A DNA stretch of 36,008 nucleotides from Candidatus Neomicrothrix sp. UBA2110 (GTDB taxonomy: Bacteria; Actinomycetota; Acidimicrobiia; Acidimicrobiales; Poriferisodalaceae): contig DCYM01000042.1 of assembly GCA_002331465.1 (NCBI GenBank), positions 1 to 36,008 of the forward strand, written 5' to 3'. Both the position numbers and the translations under genes were made by a program. Every line of letters begins with the position of its first letter. The stretch's first letter is position 1. Below are positions 1 through 8,440 of the stretch, piece after piece. The notes under the pieces are model-generated. The model worked only from the letters and a program-made list of their open reading frames with translations. It did not search any database and had not been told where the DNA came from.

Positions 1-129
1 CCACTATCCGGTGACGTTGAGGTATCGCTTAGAGGGACTTGGCCTTTGGGTGGTGTCTGAAAAACACGCGGGCGTAGAGGTTGACGACCTACGCTTCAAG
101 TGACGCTGGTACTTGAAGGAGATGCAGCA

Positions 130-834
130 ATGACGACCTATATGCCTCCCAAAGAAGTCGATTTCCATTTCGACGTCATGTGCCCGTGGGCCTACCAGAC
201 TTCGCTCTGGATGCGTGATGTCCGTGACCAGCTAGACCTCAAAGTCAACTGGAAGTTTTTCAGCCTGGAGGAGATCAATCTTCGAGAGGGAAAGAAGCAT
301 CCTTGGGAGCGGGAATGGAGTTATGGATGGTCGATGATGCGCATTGGCGTGGTTCTGCGACGCATGGACATGGCTCTTTTGGATGATTGGTATGCATTGG
401 CGGGACGGGCGCTGCACGTTGATGGAAATCGACCACATAATCCAGACGTCGCGAAACACTTGCTTGAACAGATCGGCGTAGATCCTTCTGTCGTGGAACA
501 ATCGATCGAAGACGAATCGACTCACTCGGAAATCAAAGCGGAACATGACAGAGTTGTGGAAACCGGCGGATTTGGCGTTCCGACCTTATTCTTCCCCGAC
601 GGCCAGTCCTTTTTCGGACCGGTGTTATTGGATCCTCCTAGCGGAGATGCAGCGCTTCGTCTTTGGAATGCAGTAACGGCGTGGCTCGAATTCCCCCAAC
701 TGTATGAAATGCAACGCCCGAAGCAGGCGATTGACGAGGAAGCGATTTACGAAACGTTCAAGCCATATCTAGAAGCACGAGATTGGGTGAGTATCAATCG
801 CGGCAAGGTCGTGGGTTTCGATCCCAACGACTGA
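130..834 (+). CDS. DsbA-like / 2-hydroxychromene-2-carboxylate isomerase-family thioredoxin-fold protein
   Basis: ORF 100..834. The in-frame ATG at 130 is preceded by GAAGGAG (115-121). The N-terminal FHFDVMCPWAY motif is a single-Cys CPW(A)Y variant of the DsbA/HCCA-isomerase fold. Confidence 0.65.
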   Translation: MTTYMPPKEVDFHFDVMCPWAYQTSLWMRDVRDQLDLKVNWKFFSLEEINLREGKKHPWEREWSYGWSMMRIGVVLRRMDMALLDDWYALAGRALHVDGNRPHNPDVAKHLLEQIGVDPSVVEQSIEDESTHSEIKAEHDRVVETGGFGVPTLFFPDGQSFFGPVLLDPPSGDAALRLWNAVTAWLEFPQLYEMQRPKQAIDEEAIYETFKPYLEARDWVSINRGKVVGFDPND

Positions 835-857
835 TTTCAGTTGACTTAAAGGCGGAC

Positions 858-1166
858 TTACTTGTCGTGTTCGTCTTCGCCATCGCCGACCATTTCAGCT
901 GCAGCGGCCAGGGCTGATGCCAATGCAACGCTGCGCTGGTACACGGCTTCGAAATAGTGGTCGGCAATGGATTCTTGCCCGGTTAACGGAGCGGATCCCA
1001 GGCTTCTTATGACCGAAGCTGCCTGCTCGGTTACTTGAATTTTTCCCGGAGTCTCTGGCATGTCGTTAGAACCGTGCCAAAAGGACTTATTTTCGCGTTC
1101 AGCTTCACTCTCTGCGCCGGTATTGCCAATACGACGAGTTCGTGAGCTTCTGCGCCGCCGACTCAT
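858..1166 (-). CDS. Hypothetical small protein (102 aa) with an Arg-rich N-terminus and acidic C-terminus, translationally coupled to the SNF2 helicase
   Basis: Its ATG overlaps the helicase TGA as ATGA (1163-1166). Sequence runs MSRRRRSSRTRRIG... to ...DGEDEHDK, with a helix-like middle (DHYFEAVYQRSVALASALAAAAEMV). I recognise no family. Confidence 0.45.
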   Translation of the reverse strand: MSRRRRSSRTRRIGNTGAESEAERENKSFWHGSNDMPETPGKIQVTEQAASVIRSLGSAPLTGQESIADHYFEAVYQRSVALASALAAAAEMVGDGEDEHDK

Positions 1167-4100
1167 GCGTCGCTCCTCATGGCAAGGTCTTCGAGGATGT
1201 CGTCTGGATCTGCGGTCAACAATTGGTTTTCGTTGATGCCCAAAGCTGCCCGAAGCTGGTCGGCGTTAAGGTCTCCAAGAGAGCTGGATTTGGGTAACAC
1301 CATGTCAGCAATACGCCGCTTACCTTGGACTACCTCCTCGACGCGCTCATCGACCGTGCCCGGACAAACCAAGCGGTGGCAAATCACTGTCTTGGTCTGA
1401 CCGATTCTCCAAACGCGGTCTCGCGCCTGGTCCTCAACGGCAGGGTTCCACCAGCGGTCGTAAAGGACCACATGGCTTGCAGCCGTGAGATTGAGGCCGG
1501 TGCCGCCAGCCTTTAACGAAAGAACCATCGCACCGGGTCCCGTTCCATTTTGAAAGGTTTCTACGAGCCGATCTCGCTTACCTCTTGCTAGGCCGCCGTG
1601 GTAGCAGTCGATATCGATGCCGGTTCTCTGAGTCAAGTAGGTAGATAATCGCTCGCCCCAGGTAGCGAAGTGGGTGAAGATCAGAATCCGTTCCCCCGAA
1701 GCAAAAACTGAATCAATTATTTCATTCAAACGCGTGAGCTTTCCGCTTCGCCCTTCGAGGCTTACGTCGTCGTCGTTCTTGTCATAGTTCAGAGGATGGT
1801 TGCAGATTTGCTTCAACGCCGTTATGGCCGCCAAGACGAGGCCCTTTTGTTGTTTGATGTTCTGTTCACTTTGGGCGGTATCTCGCACCAGTTTGTCCAA
1901 AACCGCTTGATACAGACCGATTTGTTCGGGCGTCATCGTGCAGTGCGCTAGTTCATCGATACGGTCTGGCAGTTCTGCTGCAATGATTGGCTCTAGCTTG
2001 GTCCGGCGAAATACGAGCACACCATTGAGGGCGTGTAACGCTGATTCGGCAGCTCCGGCTGAATCACCAATTTGCCCTAATTGGTCGATAAATGCCGTGC
2101 GACCGCCGACTAGCCCCGGATTACAGAAATCCATGATTGCCCAGAGATCTCCAAGCCCATTTTCAATTGGAGTGCCTGTTAGAGCTAGTCGACTACGAGC
2201 CGTCAACTTTCGTAGTTCCTTGGCAGTAGCGCTCCGATGGTTTTTGATTACTTGAGCTTCGTCAAGCACTACACGATCCCAGTCGAGATCCGACAACTCG
2301 TCGATGTCTCGAACGGCGGTCCCATAGGTCGTGATCACTAGATCAGATTTTCGTATACGACTTCGAAGTTCTGGTCCGTTTACTCGCGAGGGCCCATGAT
2401 GGACTAACACTGACAAGTTGGGTGTAAAGCGGTTAGCTTCGGAAGCCCAGTTTCCTACTACGGCTGGAGGAGCGACTACTAATGCAGGAGCACTTCCGGG
2501 CGAGGTTGATATTCGGGCGAGAATGGTGGGGGTTTTACCAAGGCCCATGTCCAGTGCAAGACAGCCACCTAGACCGGCGTCATCAAGAAACTTGAGCCAG
2601 CCCACGGCTTCCGCCTGGTAACTCCGCAGTTCTCCACTGAACCCTGGAGGCCGCGTATCGGGTTCGTCTCTAACGTCGCCCGCAGCCCGGAGTAAATCGC
2701 CAGCCCAGCTTGCGCCAGCGAGGGTAACTCCTCCGCTGACTCCACCGCCCTCGAGTCCGAGAGCGTGCCGGAGCATTTCGGCGCCCGTGAGCCGAGTTGT
2801 GTCGGATCGTTCTGACAACGCCGCCGCTGCTTCGGCTAAGTCGGCGTGGTCCAGGGCTACCCATCGACCTCTTGATTGCACTAGTGGCCTTGCCTGCAAA
2901 GCCAACTTTTGTATTTCGGAGCTTGTTAGCTCGACGTCTCCAAATACGGCGCTCCAACTGACCGCGGTCAAATGTTGGGCGCCCACGATGCTGTCGTTAT
3001 CTTCAGCAGTTAACCGCAGCTGAGTGACCTGACGTCGCCGCGATAACGCCGGTACCCGAACCTCAAAACCTGCAGATTCGAGAGCTGGCCCGGTAACGGA
3101 CATGAGGTCCCATGCTTCGTCTTGGTCCAATAAGACTTCACCGCGGCGGCGTCCGCCTGGTCGCAAGAGAGCGGGCACGAGACGTTCGAGTCGTGTGTAT
3201 TGACCCTTCACTTCGGTTCGACGTGTGTTGGACCCGCTAACCATTGCCACCTCAACGGGATCTAAAGTGTGTTCCGGTCCCGGAGACAGCACCTTTAGTT
3301 GCCAGGCACCAGAGTCATCGGGTTCATCGAGTTGGACTATTAGCGCGTACTTTGCGACCGCTGTGACTGGTCGGGCCCATTGCTCAAGTCGTCTTGCAAG
3401 ATCAGAGCCATGGTCTGCAGCGGCAACGAAGGGTTTTCCGCCAAGGTTTGCCAAAAAGGTTTCAGCAACTTCGGCCTTCGTCCGTGGCTCAGGGGGCGGG
3501 GCTGGCACCTCGAGTCTGCGAGCTGCACTGGTAACGATCGCATTGACCATTCCCATGAGCGCGGATTGGACGACCGCTCGCGCGTCGGGGCCGGGGTCGG
3601 CAGCGCTAACCGCGCCAGGTAGCGAGGCGGCAAAGGCTTCAAGCCGATCTTTGCTGATTATGCCTGGCATCCACTGGACGATGAACTCACCGCGGTTATT
3701 TCGATTTCGCTTGTTTCGTCGTTTCCGAATTCGTTGCAATTTAGGAACAATCCTGCCTTGAGCTACGAGCTCGACTGCGGATGCAGCGACAAGGCTGAGC
3801 CATCGAGCGCTGGCCCCAAGCTCAGACTGCTCCACGGGGAGTGTCGATGGGGTCTCTAGCGAATTATTAGCTTCAAAGTCGTCCTCGGAGTCGGTGTGGT
3901 CATGTTCTTCGAGTGGTGCCTCTTCTACCGCAACGCTCAAAGATGGATCTGTCCACGGTTGCGTGGATAATGCTGCCAACCAGCCGAGGATGTCGGTAAC
4001 TTCAGCGCTTACAGCCGAGGCAGTGACCCCTCCAGGTAGTGAAACGTTGCGATGGTCCTCCCAGGCACTGGCTGGCGCACCAGTTTGCACTAAGCGATCC

Positions 4101-4582
4101 ATAACTTGTTCGGTAGTTTCGGGTTGGTTATAGGCTCCCGCCGCCCAAGCGATGACTCGGCCAGACGTCCAAGATAACTGGAGCACCGTTGACTCAGGAG
4201 GTGTATCGGGTGAAAGCGCCTCAACTTCTTCTTGCTCGTCTTCAAGGTCATATGGCTGACCAGTGGCGCGGCGGTATGCCGCCGTTAAGAGATTAAGTTC
4301 ACTTTCGAAGTCAACGATGATTTGGTTCCGCTGCGGTCCCTTGAGACGACGAACTGAGTGCAGACGGTCCTCAGACGCTTCAATCATGTCAATTAACACA
4401 TTTCGCCAACGTAGGCGATCGGTTGCAAGATCAGTTGTGGTGTGTTTGTCAGCTTCACCGTCTGCTTCTAAGCGCGCGAGTGCAGCGATTTCTTGCCAAG
4501 AACGGTCAACCAAACGCGATGGCAAACGCGCGTTAGTACCTGTCGGAAGTTCAGTTTCGGTTGTGGCGCTTAGTGATTGCAC
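1163..4582 (-). CDS. SNF2-family ATP-dependent helicase, HelZ-like, with a long N-terminal SNF2-helicase-associated region
   Basis: 1139-aa ORF with a GTG start. SNF2 motifs: LRSYQAEAVGWL, LALDMGLGKT (motif I), VLDEAQVIKN (motif II), and C-terminal helicase motifs LKAGGTGLNLTAASHVVLYDRWWNPAVEDQARDRVWRIGQ. The roughly 640-aa N-terminal extension (..RGRWVALD..) is typical of actinobacterial HelZ-type proteins. Confidence 0.9.
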   Translation of the reverse strand: MQSLSATTETELPTGTNARLPSRLVDRSWQEIAALARLEADGEADKHTTTDLATDRLRWRNVLIDMIEASEDRLHSVRRLKGPQRNQIIVDFESELNLLTAAYRRATGQPYDLEDEQEEVEALSPDTPPESTVLQLSWTSGRVIAWAAGAYNQPETTEQVMDRLVQTGAPASAWEDHRNVSLPGGVTASAVSAEVTDILGWLAALSTQPWTDPSLSVAVEEAPLEEHDHTDSEDDFEANNSLETPSTLPVEQSELGASARWLSLVAASAVELVAQGRIVPKLQRIRKRRNKRNRNNRGEFIVQWMPGIISKDRLEAFAASLPGAVSAADPGPDARAVVQSALMGMVNAIVTSAARRLEVPAPPPEPRTKAEVAETFLANLGGKPFVAAADHGSDLARRLEQWARPVTAVAKYALIVQLDEPDDSGAWQLKVLSPGPEHTLDPVEVAMVSGSNTRRTEVKGQYTRLERLVPALLRPGGRRRGEVLLDQDEAWDLMSVTGPALESAGFEVRVPALSRRRQVTQLRLTAEDNDSIVGAQHLTAVSWSAVFGDVELTSSEIQKLALQARPLVQSRGRWVALDHADLAEAAAALSERSDTTRLTGAEMLRHALGLEGGGVSGGVTLAGASWAGDLLRAAGDVRDEPDTRPPGFSGELRSYQAEAVGWLKFLDDAGLGGCLALDMGLGKTPTILARISTSPGSAPALVVAPPAVVGNWASEANRFTPNLSVLVHHGPSRVNGPELRSRIRKSDLVITTYGTAVRDIDELSDLDWDRVVLDEAQVIKNHRSATAKELRKLTARSRLALTGTPIENGLGDLWAIMDFCNPGLVGGRTAFIDQLGQIGDSAGAAESALHALNGVLVFRRTKLEPIIAAELPDRIDELAHCTMTPEQIGLYQAVLDKLVRDTAQSEQNIKQQKGLVLAAITALKQICNHPLNYDKNDDDVSLEGRSGKLTRLNEIIDSVFASGERILIFTHFATWGERLSTYLTQRTGIDIDCYHGGLARGKRDRLVETFQNGTGPGAMVLSLKAGGTGLNLTAASHVVLYDRWWNPAVEDQARDRVWRIGQTKTVICHRLVCPGTVDERVEEVVQGKRRIADMVLPKSSSLGDLNADQLRAALGINENQLLTADPDDILEDLAMRSDA

Positions 4583-4718
4583 TTTCAGCGTTCCCCAAAT
4601 TGAAAAAGCGGATTACACGTGGGCTCCGCGACCTTCCCGCTCTAGCAAACATTGCGGGCACGCAGCCATGACACTGGAGTCCAATTACCGGCGTCAGTAC
4701 CACTTCGATGCCTCGGCA

Positions 4719-4765
4719 GGTACGGAACCCGAGTGATGTCTTCGGCAGCGGGAGTTCCCGGTACC
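4719..4765. promoter_or_regulatory. Imperfect inverted repeat / hairpin in the helicase-proS divergent intergenic region
   Basis: GGTACGGAACCCG-N17-CGGGAGTTCCCGGTACC gives about 12-13 bp of pairing (GGTAC/GTACC, GGAAC/GTTCC, CC/GG) with two small bulges. The motif CGGCAG occurs directly before the left arm and again in the spacer directly before the right arm. No clear U-tract follows. Confidence 0.3.
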
Positions 4766-4853
4766 TACGACACTTAAAATTATACCTTGAGTAAGCGCAA
4801 TACGCCAGAGACGTCGCTGCTTAACCAAACCGGCGATTTACTGAGGTAGCTGT

Positions 4854-6575
4854 ATGTTAGGGGTGATGCGCTGGTCCTCCGCCTTTATTCCGACGTTGCG
4901 TGACGCCCCGGCTGACGCTGAAGCGGCTAGCCACAAGCTTTTAGTCCGAGGGGGGTTCATTCGGCAGTTGCATTCTGGGCACTACAGCCTTTTACCCCTT
5001 GGACTACGAGTTCACGACAAGGTTGCTCAAATCGTGCGAGAAGAAATGGATGCTATCGGCGGTCAAGAGTTTCTTTTACCGGCCATGCACCCGGCATCGT
5101 TATGGAAACAGAGCGGCCGGTGGGACCTGATGGGCGAGGAGATGTTTCGCCTGCAAGACCGAAGTGGTGTGGAACTCGCCCTCGGGATGACGCACGAAGA
5201 GATCTTTTCCTCGATCGCGACTGTGTTGAACTCGTATAAAGAACTGCCGCAGATTTGGTATCAAATCCAAACAAAGTTCCGCGATGAGCCTCGGCCCAAA
5301 AGTGGTCTCCTGCGCGTTCGGGAGTTCGCTATGAAGGATTCCTACAGTTTCGACTTAGAAGACGTAGGACTTGATCGTGCGTTTCAGGCGCACCACGATG
5401 CGTACGTAAAGATATTCAAGCGGCTCAGCCTTAACGCGATGCCGGTCCAAGCCTCTTCGGGGTCGATGGGCGGGTCGGCAAGCATCGAGTTTATGGTCCC
5501 CTCACCTGCCGGTGAAGACGACGTTCTTCGATGCGTTAGCTGTGGGTACAAGGCAAATGTTGAGAGGGGAACATCAGAACTTGCTGTCATTGTTGATGAA
5601 ACCGGACCCGAAGAGCCAGAACGAATTGCTACTCCAGGTGTTCGAACCATCGCTGCGCTAGAGGAGATCGACGGTGGTGCTGTGGCTGAAAATCAGATAA
5701 AGACCATGGTGATGGTCATGGACGATGAAGTTACTTTGGCCTTGTTGCGTGGTGACCATCAACTCAACCTTCAGAAACTGCAGGATTATTCGGGAGCGGT
5801 GGATATACGACCAGCGGAACCCGCCGAAGTCGTGACAAAATTAGGTGCGAGCCCTGGCAGCCTCGGCGCAGTCGGCGTTAAATCACTGAAGGTCATCGCG
5901 GATTTCGCACTTGATGGTCGAACAAACATGATGACAGGCGCAAATGAAGACGACTGGCACTTGGGGGGTGTCTCCGTGCACCGAGACATTCAGGTGGATG
6001 GATGGGCTGACCTTCGCGAGGTTCAAGCTGGCGAACCTTGTGTTGAGTGTGGGGAAACCCTAGAGATCGTTCGATGCATAGAGGCCGGGCACATCTTCAA
6101 ACTCGGTCGAAAGTACGCCGACGCGATGGGAATTTCAGTACTGGATGCTGAGGGACGATCGCAGGTTCCGACTATGGGCAGTTACGGAATCGGTATTGGG
6201 AGGGCTGTAGCCGCCGTGGCTGAAAATCATCACGATGATGCTGGCCTGATTTGGCCCGTCTCGGTCGCCCCGTATCAAATTTTGGTTACGGTGCTAGATA
6301 TCGACGATGCAGCTTGTATGGACGTGGCATCTCAGTTGGAGGTATCGCTTCGCGAAGCAGGAATAGACGTCCTTGTGGACGATCGCAAAGCTCGTCCCGG
6401 AGTTAAATTCGCCGACGCCGAATTAATCGGTATCCCCTATCGGGTGACGGTGGGCGCTCGCGGCCTGGCGAAGGGTGAAGTGGAATTCACTCCACGTTCT
6501 ACAGGTGAAACGACAATGATTGATCGGCACGCGCTACTCGAAAGAGTTCTTGAAGCGCTAGTTGTCACTATCTGA
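4854..6575 (+). CDS. proS: Proline--tRNA ligase (bacterial type with insertion/editing domain)
   Basis: 573 aa. The N-terminus ..MRWSSAFIPTLRDAPADAEAASHKLLVRGGFIRQ matches bacterial ProRS. Class II motifs (FRDEPRPKSGLLRVREFAMKDSYSF) and a C-terminal anticodon-binding domain are present. GAGG lies 7 nt upstream of the ATG at 4854; an alternative ATG is at 4866. Confidence 0.95.
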   Translation: MLGVMRWSSAFIPTLRDAPADAEAASHKLLVRGGFIRQLHSGHYSLLPLGLRVHDKVAQIVREEMDAIGGQEFLLPAMHPASLWKQSGRWDLMGEEMFRLQDRSGVELALGMTHEEIFSSIATVLNSYKELPQIWYQIQTKFRDEPRPKSGLLRVREFAMKDSYSFDLEDVGLDRAFQAHHDAYVKIFKRLSLNAMPVQASSGSMGGSASIEFMVPSPAGEDDVLRCVSCGYKANVERGTSELAVIVDETGPEEPERIATPGVRTIAALEEIDGGAVAENQIKTMVMVMDDEVTLALLRGDHQLNLQKLQDYSGAVDIRPAEPAEVVTKLGASPGSLGAVGVKSLKVIADFALDGRTNMMTGANEDDWHLGGVSVHRDIQVDGWADLREVQAGEPCVECGETLEIVRCIEAGHIFKLGRKYADAMGISVLDAEGRSQVPTMGSYGIGIGRAVAAVAENHHDDAGLIWPVSVAPYQILVTVLDIDDAACMDVASQLEVSLREAGIDVLVDDRKARPGVKFADAELIGIPYRVTVGARGLAKGEVEFTPRSTGETTMIDRHALLERVLEALVVTI

Positions 6576-6635
6576 TCCATAATACGGTACTGTTCCACCA
6601 TGTGGATTGAGCCACATCTTAGTCAGGGTGTCTTT

Positions 6636-6654
6636 GGTCGCCGGCCCGGCGACC
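6636..6654 (+). terminator. GC-rich hairpin downstream of proS (candidate terminator, weak U-tract)
   Basis: GGTCGCCGG-C-CCGGCGACC is a near-perfect palindrome (7-bp stem with GGCCC loop is realistic). It is followed by GGCGCACGGTTTGGGTT, which has only short T runs. Confidence 0.3.
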
Positions 6655-6685
6655 GGCGCACGGTTTGGGTTCGGGAGCGACGTGT

Positions 6686-7390
6686 ATGAGCGAGCAACTA
6701 GAGCCTGAAGAGGATCTCGACCTTTCGTCGTTGAACGATGAAGACTTGACGGCACAGATGCACGATGATCTTTACGACGGGTTAAGAGACGAGGTCGTAG
6801 AAGGCACAGAGCTTCTACTTGGGCGTGGTTGGGGCCCTGACCGTGTCCTCAATGACGCCTTAGTAGAAGGCATGCGCGTCGTCGGCATCGATTTTCGCGA
6901 CGGCATTCTCTTTGTCCCTGAGGTCTTACTCGCCGCCAACGCAATGAAGGCCGGCATGGCAATCCTGAGACCTTTGCTTGCAGAAACCGGCGCAAAGCCG
7001 GTCGGTACGGTCGTTATCGGCACTGTCAAGGGCGACATCCATGACATAGGAAAAAATTTGGTTGCGATGATGCTGGAAGGCGCCGGCTTTGACGTATTTG
7101 ATCTAGGCATCAATACCGATGTGGACGAATATCTCGCAGCCCTAAACGAACACCAGCCAGACATCTTGGGGATGTCGGCCTTGTTGACGACCACGATGCC
7201 TTATATGAAAGTTGTAATCGACACGCTGACCGAACAAGGTCTTCGCGATGAGTACATAGTGCTCGTCGGCGGTGCGCCACTGAACCAAGAGTTCGGTGAT
7301 GCCATAGGAGCGGACGCGTACTGTCGCGATGCCGCAGTAGCTGCCGAAACCGCAATACAGTTTGTGCAAAAAAAGCGCGAAAGCGCGTGA
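6686..7390 (+). CDS. Methyltransferase-cognate corrinoid (B12-binding) protein, MtgC/MttC-like
   Basis: Carries the DxHxxG cobalamin-binding signature (GTVKGDIHDIGKNLVAMMLEGAGFDVFDLG), a B12-binding Rossmann domain and a helical cap. GGGAG lies 8 nt upstream of the ATG at 6686. The N-terminal roughly 35 aa are very acidic. Confidence 0.9.
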   Translation: MSEQLEPEEDLDLSSLNDEDLTAQMHDDLYDGLRDEVVEGTELLLGRGWGPDRVLNDALVEGMRVVGIDFRDGILFVPEVLLAANAMKAGMAILRPLLAETGAKPVGTVVIGTVKGDIHDIGKNLVAMMLEGAGFDVFDLGINTDVDEYLAALNEHQPDILGMSALLTTTMPYMKVVIDTLTEQGLRDEYIVLVGGAPLNQEFGDAIGADAYCRDAAVAAETAIQFVQKKRESA

Positions 7391-8034
7391 CGAAACCGCC
7401 GCGCCTTTTAGTGCTCGGCTGCGGTGCTTTAGCGCGAGAGTTCAGCGAGTTGCTGAAGTTGAATGGGCTTGCCGAAGTCACGCTTGAATTTTTACCTGCA
7501 GCACTCCACAATCGCCCCGAGAACATCCCTATTCAAGTACGCGAACGGTTGGAGATCGCGGTCCACAAATACGACAAAATCTTGTTGGGCTACGGCGATT
7601 GCGGGACTGGTGGCGGCTTGGATGCACTTTGCGACGAATTCAATGTTGTTCGCTTGCCGGGTGCGCATTGCTATGAGTTCTATTTGGACGGTGGGGTGTT
7701 TGAAGCACTCCACGACTCGGAACCAGCGACGTTTTACTTGACGGACTATTTAGCGAAGCATTTCGACCGCCTCGTCTTTGATGGATTAGGGATCACCTCC
7801 CATCCAGAACTCCTCGAGATCTATTTTGGTAACTACAAGCGCGTCGTTTTCTTGACCCAAACTGATTCTGTCGAACTACGCGCGCATGCCTTACACGCGG
7901 CAACCAAGCTTGGGTTGCCGTTGGAGGTGACGGCCACTGGCTATGGCCAGATGGAAACGGCAGTCATTAATTTCGGAATTCGCCCTCGAAAGTCGGATAG
8001 CGGATCGCTGCAACCGGTAGGCGCAGTTCAATGA
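7387..8034 (+). CDS. DUF1638 domain protein (unknown function, corrinoid-methyltransferase associated)
   Basis: The GTG start overlaps the corrinoid-protein stop (GTGA). The pattern LVLGCGAL...LPAALHNRP...LLGYGDCGTGG...PGAHCYEF matches my memory of the DUF1638 family. Confidence 0.65.
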   Translation: MTKPPRLLVLGCGALAREFSELLKLNGLAEVTLEFLPAALHNRPENIPIQVRERLEIAVHKYDKILLGYGDCGTGGGLDALCDEFNVVRLPGAHCYEFYLDGGVFEALHDSEPATFYLTDYLAKHFDRLVFDGLGITSHPELLEIYFGNYKRVVFLTQTDSVELRAHALHAATKLGLPLEVTATGYGQMETAVINFGIRPRKSDSGSLQPVGAVQ

Positions 8035-8366
8035 CGAGCCGAGGAGGGCGTCGACGCACACAGGGAATCACAATCATTTCCTGGCGCGATATCCCAGCCC
8101 AGGTCACCGTTATTTCTGACGGAGATAAGCAAACAGTCGTTCTTTCAGACCGCTTTCAGCACGCCATTGATCGAGCAGCGGTAGTAGCTGGCTTCACTGA
8201 AACCAACGCATACGTAGGGGAATGGCGCCGCAATGCACGCCCTCTCGCTGGGGCCGCTGGCGACGCTATCAAGTCGTTGGTGGCTCAGCTTGAAGCGGAA
8301 CATAGCCCGGACCGCCTCGAGGCGTTAATTCGCAACGGTGGCCTTGACTCTTTAAGTCCTAAGTAG
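8031..8366 (+). CDS. Small conserved protein resembling the 'virulence factor'-domain family found in MttB clusters
   Basis: ATGA overlap with the DUF1638 stop. The motif ISWRDIPAQV...DRFQHAIDRAAV...AYVGEWRR resembles, from memory and unverified, the small proteins annotated 'virulence factor' next to MttB/corrinoid genes in Alphaproteobacteria. Confidence 0.5.
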   Translation: MTSRGGRRRTQGITIISWRDIPAQVTVISDGDKQTVVLSDRFQHAIDRAAVVAGFTETNAYVGEWRRNARPLAGAAGDAIKSLVAQLEAEHSPDRLEALIRNGGLDSLSPK

Positions 8367-8440
8367 ACCCCACTGTGATCTCAAACAAGCGTGTGACCTG
8401 AGATCGAAGACGGCGACAAGACAGACCCGACAGGAACGGT

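Noticed and set aside
1163-4582. SNF2 helicase as the core of a phage-defence system (DISARM/BREX/Zorya-like)
   Set aside because: No methyltransferase, PLD/nuclease, protease or other defence partners are adjacent. The domain organisation matches housekeeping HelZ-type helicases, and the flanks are proS and a DsbA-like gene.
4263-4736. 157-aa plus-strand ORF overlapping the helicase 5' end and extending into the intergenic region
   Set aside because: It is mostly antisense to the helicase N-terminus, Arg/Ser-rich, and has no family resemblance. The many other 60-180-aa ORFs nested in the helicase (for example 3225..3761) are rejected for the same reason.
6576-6685. Cobalamin riboswitch upstream of the corrinoid operon; ZTP, THF or glycine riboswitches upstream of fhs and the DMGDH gene (26723..26971)
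   Set aside because: I could not find a B12 box (GCCACUG-type core), the ZTP CCGCCUGGGC pseudoknot element, a THF core or glycine-riboswitch cores by eye. The 110-nt region at 6576-6685 is also too short for a cobalamin aptamer. This needs an Infernal scan to be definitive.
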